The notes below the pieces were generated by a model. It did not search any database and was not told the DNA's origin. It saw only the letters and a program-made list of their open reading frames with translations. From positions 4,000,001 through 4,064,000 of the forward strand of contig OZ241917.1 in NCBI GenBank assembly GCA_965203805.1: DNA of 64,000 nucleotides. Direction: 5' to 3'. The translations under genes and the position numbers were made by a program. Positions 29,777 to 39,695 of this stretch are shown in pieces. The DNA comes from Candidatus Latescibacterota bacterium. GTDB taxonomy: Bacteria > Latescibacterota > UBA2968 > GCA-2709665. Every line of letters begins with the position of its first letter. Position 1 is the first letter of the stretch.

Positions 29777-30068
29777 CTATATCGAAAGAAATCCTTGAGG
29801 AAGTTCACAAGTTGGATGCGCCAAAACAGGAACGCGTGCTGGAATTCGCACGTTCGTTGGCGAATGAGCAACCGCCAGGTCTACCGGGGAAACACCTGCT
29901 AAGGTTTGCTGGAATAATCGACCGGGATGACCTGAGGGAAATAGCCCGCGCAATTGAAAATGGTTGCGAACGAGTGGGCCATAGTGAACGACATATGAGA
30001 TAGATCCCATAATTCTCACAAGTTCGCAAAACTGAAATACTCGTTTGTAGCATAGAAAGGAATCGCCT

Positions 30069-31364
30069 GTGGATCTGAGACGCCAGCCCCCGCGCCGCCC
30101 GTCAAACGCCTCCATTGCCGGTGTCGTCAACCTCGCGCGAATGGCGGACAAGGCCCGCGCGTACAACCGGCGGACGCTGGGCGAATTTCTGTACGGCGAC
30201 GATTCGGGCCTGGACAAGATCCTGCTGGATTTTCTGGGCGTCTCACACGACGGGTTTGCCGATGCAGCGGGACGATATGGCGACTCGGATCTGGGTCTAT
30301 GGATACGGGAGGCTTCCGATCGGACGGACGATGAAATCGATGCGTTCAACCGGCATCACCTCCAGCGCGAACCCGACGACGATGCCGGCAGACAGCGCCT
30401 TAGAGACCGGATCGAACAGTTCGCGCCCGGGCGCACGGATATCGTGACTGTATTCCAGTCCATCGAGCTGGACGACTGGGCGAACTTCCGGGAGATCGAT
30501 CTGGGGCAAAGGGCGCCGAGGTCACCCTACGTGCGGGACGTCGCTGGCGTCTTCGGCCTGGCCCGGATGGCGGATAAGGCCCGCGCGGACAAGGGCGGTC
30601 GGCTGGGCGAGTATATCTACAACTGCCCCATCGACCAGGCGATTACGGACGTTCTCGGATTTTCGGCGGAGGATTTCAAGGAAGCCGCGTACCTGAATCC
30701 GAATGACCTGGAACTCGGGGACTGGGTCCGGGAACATATCAGCGCACACTCCGGTGAGATTTCCGAATTCAACCATCGCATTTCCGGAAAGGGCCCGGAG
30801 AACATCAAGGAATGCGAGATCTTCAAGGCCGCGCTCGCGAACGCCGCTCCGGACCGTACCGACATTACCACGTGGTTCGACCTGCTCGACGTGGATGACG
30901 AGGCATCGTTCGGCGTTGTGGATCTGACGCGCCACCCCCCGAGAAGTCCTTATGACGCGTCCGTGGGCGGGTACTTCGGCCTGGCCCGGATGATCGACAA
31001 AGGCAGGGCGGCCATCCACGGGTTGCTGGGGGATTACAAGTACGCGGAAGCGTCCGGCCTGGACAGGATGGTCGCGGAATTCATCGGGTTTTCCATGGGC
31101 GACTTTACCGATGCCATCAGGGCGGGCCGCACCGACGAGGAGATATCCGCCTGGATCGACGAATACTATCGCAAATCCGGCGCAGAAATCGGCAATTTCA
31201 ATCGCAATGCAGGTACGATCGAACCCTGGAATGAGAAACGTCGGTCCTGGTTCCGGGGAATAATTGCGGATCTGGATCCGTCCCGCACGGATGTTACGAC
31301 CTATCTGGCCCTCATCGTACTGGACGATACCGTCAACTTTGCCCGCGTCAAGACGGGGGTTTGA
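30069..31364 (+). CDS. Protein with three tandem DUF5069-like domains
   Basis: DL...PPRSPY.....G...LARM.DK.RA.....LGEY motif occurs three times. Confidence 0.8.
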   Translation: MDLRRQPPRRPSNASIAGVVNLARMADKARAYNRRTLGEFLYGDDSGLDKILLDFLGVSHDGFADAAGRYGDSDLGLWIREASDRTDDEIDAFNRHHLQREPDDDAGRQRLRDRIEQFAPGRTDIVTVFQSIELDDWANFREIDLGQRAPRSPYVRDVAGVFGLARMADKARADKGGRLGEYIYNCPIDQAITDVLGFSAEDFKEAAYLNPNDLELGDWVREHISAHSGEISEFNHRISGKGPENIKECEIFKAALANAAPDRTDITTWFDLLDVDDEASFGVVDLTRHPPRSPYDASVGGYFGLARMIDKGRAAIHGLLGDYKYAEASGLDRMVAEFIGFSMGDFTDAIRAGRTDEEISAWIDEYYRKSGAEIGNFNRNAGTIEPWNEKRRSWFRGIIADLDPSRTDVTTYLALIVLDDTVNFARVKTGV

Positions 31365-31424
31365 ATCCGGACCATCCATGGACGTTCCGTTTTCTGAATG
31401 AAAAACGCGAGAAGGAGAATCAGT

Positions 31425-32177
31425 ATGCCCAACCAGGAAGTCGCGGTGGCCAGATTCACCCGAAAGGAATTCCGGGAAGCCCTGGACGCCGGAAAGTTCG
31501 GAACCGCCATCATTCCAACGGGGAGCAATGAACAGCACCTCGAGCACCTGGCCATGGAATACGATATCCGCGCGGCGACCTACGTGGCCACCGAAGCCGC
31601 CAGAAGGCTCTACCCAAATGTTGTCGTGAACGTCCCTATGGCGGTCGGCATCTCCGAACATCACATGATCCATAAGGGAACCGTCACCGCCAAACCCGGC
31701 AGCTGGCTGGCAGTACTCTTCGACGCGGTGGAGAGCCTGGTGCGCCACGGGATCAATAACGTGCTGATTCTCAACGGACACGGGGGCAACGAAGCCCCGA
31801 TGATGGGCATCCTCCGGCAGTGGCAACTGTTCTTTCAGCTCACCGCCCCGGAAGCCAATGTACAGTTTCATTCCTACTGGAACCTGAGCCGTGAAATTGC
31901 CGAGCAGCACTGTACGAGCCGGGTGCCCGGCCACGCGGGCGAATACGAAACCGCCATGGCGATGGTCATCTGCCCGGAGAACATCCGGCACGATGCCATG
32001 CAGGACCAGGAAAACCAGGAGCCGATGAAAGCCACGGAAGAACTGGGAAGGGTTCTGGTGGAGGCCGCGGTTCAGAAAACTGTCGAATACCTCCAGGGTA
32101 TGATCGACGCCGCGAACCGCGAGATACAACCTCACGTCTATTCCAAGGAAATGCACGCCGAACAGGCGAAGAAATAG
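31425..32177 (+). CDS. Creatininase family amidohydrolase
   Basis: PTGSNEQH..HL, SEHH, LNGHGGN, HAGEYET. Confidence 0.92.
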   Translation: MPNQEVAVARFTRKEFREALDAGKFGTAIIPTGSNEQHLEHLAMEYDIRAATYVATEAARRLYPNVVVNVPMAVGISEHHMIHKGTVTAKPGSWLAVLFDAVESLVRHGINNVLILNGHGGNEAPMMGILRQWQLFFQLTAPEANVQFHSYWNLSREIAEQHCTSRVPGHAGEYETAMAMVICPENIRHDAMQDQENQEPMKATEELGRVLVEAAVQKTVEYLQGMIDAANREIQPHVYSKEMHAEQAKK

Positions 32178-32213
32178 CCTTCAGGCAGCGAGAACTTCCG
32201 GAGAGGATGAACA

Positions 32214-33455
32214 ATGACCGTCGAACGGGCCAGATACGGGGCCGATGCCGCCGCGGGGTTGGCCGGCACGCTGCCCCAGCCCTTTCCGCGCACCATCGGA
32301 CCCAACGCAATGACCTACCTCCAGGAGGTGGTCGACTCGGGTCTTACGTGCAACATGATCGGGCGATTCGAGGACGCATTCGCCGAAGAGATGGGTGTGA
32401 AGCACTGCATCGCCACGCCGGGTTGCACGCCGGCACTCGCTGTTCTGGCGTGCGCATTGGCGTTTGATCCGGGGGACGAGATCATTGTCAGTTCCGTCAC
32501 GGACTACGGGTCCGTGCAGGGGCTTATCAGAGAGAATTATATCCCGGTCTTCGCGGACACCGATGCCGGGACGCTGGTCAGCAGCGCGGAAACGATAGAA
32601 CCCTGTATCACGGATCGCACGCGCGCGATTCTGGTTGTGCACATGACCGGAACGATCTGCGATATGGACCCCATAGTCGAACTCGCCGGCAAACACGGTC
32701 TCGTCGTCTATGAAGACGTCTGCCAGGCTGTCTTCGGGGAATACAAGGGTCGGTTGGCGGGGGCTCTGTCCGATGCGGGCGCTTTTTCCTTCGATTCCGA
32801 AAAAACCATGGGTTCGGACGTTGGCGGCTGCGTCGTGACCAACGACGACGACCTGGCCGAACGCATGCGATTCATCGGCCATAGCCGCGGCGGCCAGATG
32901 CTCGAGGGGTTCGGCCGGCAGCACGTCGTGCCCGGGTTCGCCCACCGCATGCCCCAGTGCACCGCCGCCATCTCCCTGGCGCAGCTCGAGATCATCCGTC
33001 CCAACGTGGAGCGGCGCGACCGGATGGTCCGCCTGCTCACGGAAATACTGGAGGAAATCCCGGGCATTACCCCGCTTCCGATTCCGGATTACATGGACGT
33101 CTACTCCTGCTGGATGACCGGCTTCAGCGTCGACCCCGACGCGTTCACCTGTACCCCGGATGAATTCGCGCAACAGGTCGCGGACGGGGGAATTCCCGGT
33201 ACGGGGACGGGACGTTATTACCTGATGCCCCCGGCCCTGCCATTCCTTGCCGAGAAAGCGGAACAGAAGCTGTATCCCTATTCCACGCCCCCCGCTTCCC
33301 GGGCCTATTCGTACCGCGGGGATACATGCCCGAATGCAAAGCGCTTTCTGGAGTCCTTCGTCCGCTGGACTTCGTTCTGCGAACGATATGAACCCGAACA
33401 CTGCGAACTCGCCGCGCAGATTGTCAGGGAAGTAGCCGATAGGAATCGCGCATAA
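32214..33455 (+). CDS. DegT/DnrJ/EryC1/StrS PLP-dependent aminotransferase
   Basis: VVHMTG, EDVCQA, FSFDSEK. Confidence 0.9.
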   Translation: MTVERARYGADAAAGLAGTLPQPFPRTIGPNAMTYLQEVVDSGLTCNMIGRFEDAFAEEMGVKHCIATPGCTPALAVLACALAFDPGDEIIVSSVTDYGSVQGLIRENYIPVFADTDAGTLVSSAETIEPCITDRTRAILVVHMTGTICDMDPIVELAGKHGLVVYEDVCQAVFGEYKGRLAGALSDAGAFSFDSEKTMGSDVGGCVVTNDDDLAERMRFIGHSRGGQMLEGFGRQHVVPGFAHRMPQCTAAISLAQLEIIRPNVERRDRMVRLLTEILEEIPGITPLPIPDYMDVYSCWMTGFSVDPDAFTCTPDEFAQQVADGGIPGTGTGRYYLMPPALPFLAEKAEQKLYPYSTPPASRAYSYRGDTCPNAKRFLESFVRWTSFCERYEPEHCELAAQIVREVADRNRA

Positions 33456-33485
33456 ACACCGGGCGGCGGAGACGAGGAGGTCCGG

Positions 33486-34541
33486 ATGTCGGAAACACGC
33501 TATCGGGAAATCGAAGTCTCCGGTTCGCCGGTAGAGATGGGGCGACAGATCGGCGAGGCCGCCCGCAACGAAATCCGCGGCTTTGTGGATATCGCGCTCG
33601 AACGCGTAAACAAGAACGTTTCGGTATCGGTGGACAAAGCCATGTCCGTTGCCCGCGACTGCATGCCGTATGTAGAGCGATATGCGCCCCACCATCTGGA
33701 GGAGATGCGCGGCATGTCCGAATCCTCCGGCGTCTCGCTCGACGACCTCATGATGCTTCAGATCCGCAATCAGCTTCAGGCCGACGCGGATTCCGGCTGC
33801 ACGTCATTTTCAGTCGCCACGCCCGCCGGAACGGGCAACATTGTGGGCCAGAATTGGGACAACGACCCGGCGCTGAACCCCTTTACCATCGTTCTCACCC
33901 GCCGTCCGGAAGGCATGCCCGCCCTCCTGAATATCACCCAGGCCGGCATTATCGCTTACATCGGCCTGAACAGCGAAGGCATCGGGCTTTGCCTGAATAC
34001 CCTGCCCGCGCCCTCCCGACTCCTGGGCGTTCCGCACTACTTCACCGTCCGCGGCATTTACGAAACCCTGACCATGGAAGACGCCGTTCAGGCCGTACGC
34101 CGGGCAAAGCGCGCCATACCCGCCAACATCATCCTCGCGACGCCGCAGGGGCCGGCGGACCTGGAGGTTACCCTGGACAACGTGCACGTAATCCGGGACG
34201 ACGGGGTGGGCTTGGTGACCCATACCAACCACTGCGAGCATCCGGAACTGGCGCATAACAATGACGTCTTCCCTGAACTCATCCAGTCGGGCGGGCGCAA
34301 GATCCGAATCCAGAAGCTCTTCAGCGACATGGAACGTCCCTTTGCGATAAAGAGCCTGAAAGCCGCCCTGAGCGATCATGAAGACCACCCCACCTCCATC
34401 TGCCGCCATCCCAACGATCATCCCACGACCGGGTATTGGGCGACCGCGTTCTCCGTGATTATCGAAACCGATACCCGCCGCATGCACGTGAGCAAGAACA
34501 ACCCCTGCCAGAACCCGTATGAGACCTATGCGCTGAACTGA
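33486..34541 (+). CDS. C45 family autoproteolytic acyltransferase/amidase
   Basis: G-CTSF cleavage site, GQNWD, GLNSEG, HTNH. Confidence 0.9.
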   Translation: MSETRYREIEVSGSPVEMGRQIGEAARNEIRGFVDIALERVNKNVSVSVDKAMSVARDCMPYVERYAPHHLEEMRGMSESSGVSLDDLMMLQIRNQLQADADSGCTSFSVATPAGTGNIVGQNWDNDPALNPFTIVLTRRPEGMPALLNITQAGIIAYIGLNSEGIGLCLNTLPAPSRLLGVPHYFTVRGIYETLTMEDAVQAVRRAKRAIPANIILATPQGPADLEVTLDNVHVIRDDGVGLVTHTNHCEHPELAHNNDVFPELIQSGGRKIRIQKLFSDMERPFAIKSLKAALSDHEDHPTSICRHPNDHPTTGYWATAFSVIIETDTRRMHVSKNNPCQNPYETYALN

Positions 34542-34591
34542 TCGGTACCGCGCCGGAACGTACCGCGCCCGGTATTCCGGGAACCCCGTCC

Positions 34592-36463
34592 ATGTCTCTC
34601 ACGCCCAGGCAGATCGAACACGCGCTTTCGCGCAAACTCCTGCGCAACCGGCACACCCGCATCATGATGGACTATTATGCGGAAAAGCTGCCGCGCCTGG
34701 AAACGCCTGTGTCCCCCGCGGAATGGAAGAAGCGAACCGCCAGAATTCGCCGGGACCTGCTGAAGAAAGTCTACCTGACCGGCCTGGATCCGGCCGTCAA
34801 CGATCGCCCGCCGTCGGTCCGGTGGCGAGGCGCCCTCAAGGGCAACGGCTATCGCATCCGGAAACTCCACTACGAAGGATATCCGGGCATGCGGATCCCG
34901 GCGCTGCTCTACGAGCCCGAGAATCTCAAGGGCAAGGTCCCGGCCGTGCTCAACCCGAACGGTCACCATCGCGGCGGCAAGGCCATGGACTACAAGCAGG
35001 CGCGGTGCATCAACCTGGCCAGACGCGGCATGCTCGCCCTGAACTTCGAATTTATCGGCATGGGGGAACTTCAGGGTTCGCTCAACCACATGCACCAGGC
35101 CCACATCGACCTGTGCGGCGTGGCCGGCGTCAGCGCCATGTACCTGGCCATGAAACGCGGACTGGACGTTCTGCTCGCGCACGAAAATGCCGATCCGAAA
35201 AGGGTGGCCATGACCGGCCTCTCGGGCGGCGGGTGGCAGACCGCCGTGCTCACGGCGATCGATGAACGCATTGGCGTCAGCGTGCCGGTTTCCGGGCACT
35301 CCCCGATCTGGCACCGGGCGACGAAACGATGGCAGGACCACGGCGACCTGGAACAGACGCCGGTCGATCTCTGCACCGTGGCGGACTACGACACCCTCAC
35401 CGCGATGTTCGCGCCCCGTCCGGCGCTGCTTGTCCACAGTGTAAACGACGGGATTTTCCGCCCGGAATTCATGCGGCCGGCCCTGTATACGCCCGCACGA
35501 AGGGTATACGAGCGGCTCGGCGTATCCGATCGAATCGGGTTTTACGCGAACGAAGATCCGGGCACGCACAACTACGAGAAGGATATCCGCGAGCAACTGT
35601 ACAAGTTTCTGAAACGCGCGTGGGATCTGGATATTTCGACTGAAGACATCCCCTGTGACGACGAGATACGCTCCGAATGGGAGCTCAACGTCGGGCTGCC
35701 GCCGGGAAACCCCACGTACCTCTCGATAGCCGGCGACCTCGCCGGACGCCTGCCCGTGAAACGGTCGACTGCCGGTACAAAGGAGCAGGATCGCAGACGC
35801 CTCGCCAGGGTGCTGCGACTACCGCCCGAGTACACCGTCGAGCCGCGAGCCGTCCGCAAACCGCGAACGCTCGCTGGCGTACGGATCTCGCACCATATCC
35901 TGGAGATGGGCCGCTGGAACGTCCCCGTCACGGAATTCGATCCGCCGGATTCGAACGACGTCCTGCTCATCCTCCCGGATAACGGTCGTGCCGGTGCAGC
36001 GAGGAGTGTGGACAACGCGCTTCAGGCCGGCAAACGCGTTTTCGTGGCAGACCTGCTCGCGTTCGGCGAGCAGGTTATCGCCGACGGCGCCTACCACTAC
36101 CTCTTCATGGAGTGCATTGCCGCGGCTGGCGACCGTCCCCTGGGCATCTGCACGACCCAGTTGCTCGCCCTCCGACGCTGGATCGAGTCGACCTCCGGCG
36201 GCAGTTCCCTAAATATTACCGCGCATGGCCTCTCCACCGGCCTGATCGCTCTCAGTGCGTCGGCCCTGCGGCCGCGGGGCGTCGACGCACTCAGCGCCAA
36301 CCTTCCGGACACGCTGCGCCGGCTCGTCGACTGGAGCATCGACTACACGGACGAGCCTGTCCCGTTCTGTTTCGGCCTGCTCGAACAGTTCGATATCGAA
36401 GACCTGATCGTGCTTTCCGATCCGGTGGATATTCTTATCGACGGTCGCGGACCGATGCGTTGA
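34592..36463 (+). CDS. Alpha/beta hydrolase (acetyl-xylan-esterase-like)
   Basis: PAVLNPNGH, TGLSGGG nucleophile elbow, DERI, THNY. Confidence 0.82.
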   Translation: MSLTPRQIEHALSRKLLRNRHTRIMMDYYAEKLPRLETPVSPAEWKKRTARIRRDLLKKVYLTGLDPAVNDRPPSVRWRGALKGNGYRIRKLHYEGYPGMRIPALLYEPENLKGKVPAVLNPNGHHRGGKAMDYKQARCINLARRGMLALNFEFIGMGELQGSLNHMHQAHIDLCGVAGVSAMYLAMKRGLDVLLAHENADPKRVAMTGLSGGGWQTAVLTAIDERIGVSVPVSGHSPIWHRATKRWQDHGDLEQTPVDLCTVADYDTLTAMFAPRPALLVHSVNDGIFRPEFMRPALYTPARRVYERLGVSDRIGFYANEDPGTHNYEKDIREQLYKFLKRAWDLDISTEDIPCDDEIRSEWELNVGLPPGNPTYLSIAGDLAGRLPVKRSTAGTKEQDRRRLARVLRLPPEYTVEPRAVRKPRTLAGVRISHHILEMGRWNVPVTEFDPPDSNDVLLILPDNGRAGAARSVDNALQAGKRVFVADLLAFGEQVIADGAYHYLFMECIAAAGDRPLGICTTQLLALRRWIESTSGGSSLNITAHGLSTGLIALSASALRPRGVDALSANLPDTLRRLVDWSIDYTDEPVPFCFGLLEQFDIEDLIVLSDPVDILIDGRGPMR

Positions 36464-36530
36464 CGCTGCAGCACCCGGCACTTCCCGGCCGGCTCTAATG
36501 TGTCGTCGTCGATCCAGAAAGGCAATTGCA

Positions 36531-37307
36531 GTGTCTGATTCCGCAACCATCCATCTGGACGCGCGCTATTACCGCGCGCTGCCCATCGACAGTCCCGGGT
36601 ACGAATCGGTCACGTTCGAACTTCCCGTCCGGCGAACGGCGCTCATCGGCATGCACTGTTGGAATATCGGCTGTCCCGACGGGCCTCCCCTGAACATGGA
36701 CTACTGCGTGGATCTGGGCTGGCCCGAGGCTACGGCGGAAGGGTACCGCATCATGTGCGAGGTGATGCGCCCCGCCATGGATGCGGCGCGGTCGATCGGA
36801 CTGCCCGTGGTACACGTGGAAGCCGATTGGATGGACGAACAATACCCGCATATTCCGTCCAGACGTGACAAGACGAATGTCTGGAAGCCTGCAGGACGCC
36901 AGAAGGAGATGCTGGACCGCGCGCATGGCCCCGACTATATGAAACACTCGCCGCTCGCAAAAATGCGGCGGGCCGAAATTGTGTCTCCCGTCGGCGACGA
37001 GCCGATGGTCTTCTACACCGACACCCTGGACGCAACCCTGAAAGCGAACGACATCGATACCCTCATCTACACCGGATTCGCGGCCGATATGTGCGTGCTG
37101 GGCTCCGAGGGCGGCGGGCAGGCGATGCTCTCCCGAGGGTACCGCTGTATCCTGATGCGCGACGGTACGGTGGGCGTGGAACGTCCGGATACCTTCGACG
37201 AACGCCTTGCCACACGCTACGGCATTCACATCTTTGAATGGAAGATCGGGTACAGCACCACGTTCGAAGCGTTCATGACGGCGGCCGAAACCGGTAGACG
37301 AGCCTGA
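36531..37307 (+). CDS. Isochorismatase/cysteine hydrolase family
   Basis: TALI, IDTLIYTGFAADMCV, LMRDGT. Confidence 0.85.
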   Translation: MSDSATIHLDARYYRALPIDSPGYESVTFELPVRRTALIGMHCWNIGCPDGPPLNMDYCVDLGWPEATAEGYRIMCEVMRPAMDAARSIGLPVVHVEADWMDEQYPHIPSRRDKTNVWKPAGRQKEMLDRAHGPDYMKHSPLAKMRRAEIVSPVGDEPMVFYTDTLDATLKANDIDTLIYTGFAADMCVLGSEGGGQAMLSRGYRCILMRDGTVGVERPDTFDERLATRYGIHIFEWKIGYSTTFEAFMTAAETGRRA

Positions 37308-37344
37308 ACCTTAACTCACGAAGCGAAACGGAAAGGGATATTCG

Positions 37345-38337
37345 ATGGCCCTCCGGATCTGCAATTGGAAACACGGAAAGCAATGGGTCTACTCCATCAC
37401 GTACGACGAAGCGCTGATCGAGTTGCACGAACGCGCCGTGCCCATCCACGAAGAATACAACGTTCCCGGGCATTTGGAGGCGGTGGCCGGCCATATCGGC
37501 GAGATCCGGCAACTCGGCAACTCGAGCTACAACGGGTTCCGGCATATGACCGGCGAAGAAATGCGAGAGATGGTGGATCGGGGCTGGGGTGTGGGCAACC
37601 ACTCATGGAGCCACGAAGTGATCCGGCCGGATATGCTGGACAGGGAATTGCGCGAGGCCAAGGAGGTGCTGGAAGAGGCCATTGACGGTCCGGTGGACCT
37701 CTACTGCTCGCCCGGCAACAACACCAATATGGCGGACCACGTCCTGGCTGCATGCCGGGAGTATGGCTATCTGGGAGCGATGAGTCTCACGGACGCCCTC
37801 AACCGCCCGGGCGACGAAGGCTTCTGGCTGAACCGCACCGCGCTGCACGACCAGTTCTACGAGCCCTTCTACAGCGAGTTCGATCCATTCCGGAACATAC
37901 GCCATGCGCAGAGGGACAGCGGATGGATCATCGACTATTGCCACTGTCCGCTGGATGAGGCCGTCCACCGGAACAAAGACTGCAGCGCGGAACAGCTTCG
38001 GAGGCGTTTTGAAGCGGTTCTCGGCGAAGGCGGGGACGACGTCTGGTGCGCGGTTCCGGAAGAAGCCGTCTTCTATCACCTGACTCGTCGCCACGCCGAG
38101 ATCGCCACCGTGGCGAACACCGCCGATGAAAAGAGTTATCGGCTGAATCTGCACGAACTGTCCGATCGGGTCACCTGCCGTGCGCTGACTTTGGACGCCG
38201 ACGTGCCCGCGGCCTGGTGCCGGTATCCCCGCGTCCGCGTCAACGATCAGCCCATGCCCGCCTCGCTCGTCGGCCCGGGCGTCCTGCGAATCACGGTTGA
38301 CGTCACGGACGGGATGGAGTTGACGTATTCCGCGTAG
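37345..38337 (+). CDS. Polysaccharide deacetylase (CE4-like)
   Basis: SITYDE, GNHSWSH. Confidence 0.8.
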   Translation: MALRICNWKHGKQWVYSITYDEALIELHERAVPIHEEYNVPGHLEAVAGHIGEIRQLGNSSYNGFRHMTGEEMREMVDRGWGVGNHSWSHEVIRPDMLDRELREAKEVLEEAIDGPVDLYCSPGNNTNMADHVLAACREYGYLGAMSLTDALNRPGDEGFWLNRTALHDQFYEPFYSEFDPFRNIRHAQRDSGWIIDYCHCPLDEAVHRNKDCSAEQLRRRFEAVLGEGGDDVWCAVPEEAVFYHLTRRHAEIATVANTADEKSYRLNLHELSDRVTCRALTLDADVPAAWCRYPRVRVNDQPMPASLVGPGVLRITVDVTDGMELTYSA

Positions 38338-38365
38338 ATCCAATCCCGGAACGGCATGCGAAACA

Positions 38366-38944
38366 GTGACTGCAGAAGCCCCGAAAATGGACGGTTTCCC
38401 GGGTCACGACCTTCACCTTGAGACAGCGCGCCTGAACCTGCGGCCGTTTGAGGCGGCGGATTTCGATCTGGCGGTTCCGTTTTATCAGGACCCGGACTTC
38501 CTGAATGCAATGGAAGCAGAGCCGCCCGAGGCGCCCGTTACCCGCGACTATCTGGAGGGCGCGGGCAGGGCGATGGCGGCGCAGGGGTTCCTGTTCGCCA
38601 TTGTCGAAAAAGAGTCCGGCCGCACCATCGGCGAAGTGTGTCTGCAGTGGATGAATCTGGACCGCGGGAGGATTCCGGGCGAGAAAGTTATGCGCCTGCC
38701 GATCGGGATCTGGGACAAGTCGCTGTGGGGTCGCGGCTACGGAAAAGAAGTGGCGCGTTGTCTGATCACGTATGCGTTTGAAGAACTGAAAATCGATCGC
38801 TTCTGCCCGATGGACGTGTGCACGGACAATGCACGATCGGTAGCGCTGTGGCGGTCGCTTGGCCTCACCGTCGCGAGGGAAGTGGATGGCGGCAATGTGC
38901 TGGACTTCGAGATCACACGCGAGGACTATGGGCGGATGACGTGA
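38366..38944 (+). CDS. RimJ/RimL-type GNAT acetyltransferase
   Basis: LETARLNLRP, WGRGYGKE, NARS. Confidence 0.88.
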   Translation: MTAEAPKMDGFPGHDLHLETARLNLRPFEAADFDLAVPFYQDPDFLNAMEAEPPEAPVTRDYLEGAGRAMAAQGFLFAIVEKESGRTIGEVCLQWMNLDRGRIPGEKVMRLPIGIWDKSLWGRGYGKEVARCLITYAFEELKIDRFCPMDVCTDNARSVALWRSLGLTVAREVDGGNVLDFEITREDYGRMT

Positions 38945-38954
38945 GAAAACCTGA

Positions 38955-39695
38955 AAGCGGTGAGACGTAAGAGGGTAGACGGCAGATGAAGACGGTGAGA
39001 GGGTAGAGGTGAGACGTTAGATGACGTCCTTGCCTGATTGGATCTTACTTTATGCCTGCGGCAAGAAATGAAACCGTACAGGGCACACAATATCTCCCGT
39101 CTCACGTCTTACGTCTCACCGCTCTTCGGGCACTCACGGTATCTCCCGTCTCACGTCTTACGTCTACCCGTTCTTCAGGCACCCACATCATCTCACGTCT
39201 CCCCTCTCACCGCCACCGACCTACCCCCTATCCCCCTTCCCGGGGGGAAGGGGGGAACTGTGATCCTCTCGCAGTGTCCTGGTTGTCTCCCCCTCTCCCC
39301 CCGGGAGAGGGGGCTGGGGGGAGAGGTCTGCGCATCCGCGACGTAATGTCGCCCGGCCGTATCGATGTCCGGTGGACGCAGGGTTGTCATCTCCCGTCTC
39401 CCCGCCTTTAAGGAATTTGGGGAGATGTGGAAGTTGAATTTGATTTACGGCTTGTTGGTTTTCGCTTTTGCTTCTAGCTGACTGCCGAACGCTGACCGCT
39501 GATTGCTGTCTGTTTCCCTTAGTGTCTTGGTGTCTTTGTGTGAGTAGATTTAGCCCTCGTCTCCGCGCATGGATCGAGGTAAAGTTCTCTATCGTCTTCC
39601 ATCTCCCGTATTCCGTCACTGCCTCTCCTGGTTGCCCGTCTTTGGGTTGTTTCCGGTTTTCTTAGTGTCTTCGCGTCTTTGTGTGAGTAGATTTA
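38955..39695. repeat. Intergenic mosaic of heptamer repeats, GC hairpins and a duplicated CTTAGTGTCTT..GTCTTTGTGTGAGTAGATTTA motif
   Basis: TCTCACG runs, CCCCTCTCCC/GGGAGAGGGG palindrome, inverted copy of the 12.2-kb element. Confidence 0.75.

Larger units (their letters stand above)
28058..30003 (+). pseudogene. Small antitoxin-like gene interrupted by IS1380
   Basis: Removing 28075-29780 restores a 79-aa ORF MAKTSISKEILEEVHKLDAPKQERVLEFARSL... Confidence 0.75.

Noticed and set aside
29985-30050. PIN toxin C-terminal remnant after the disrupted antitoxin
   Set aside because: Resemblance (FSQV...LK) needs frameshifts and is too short to support
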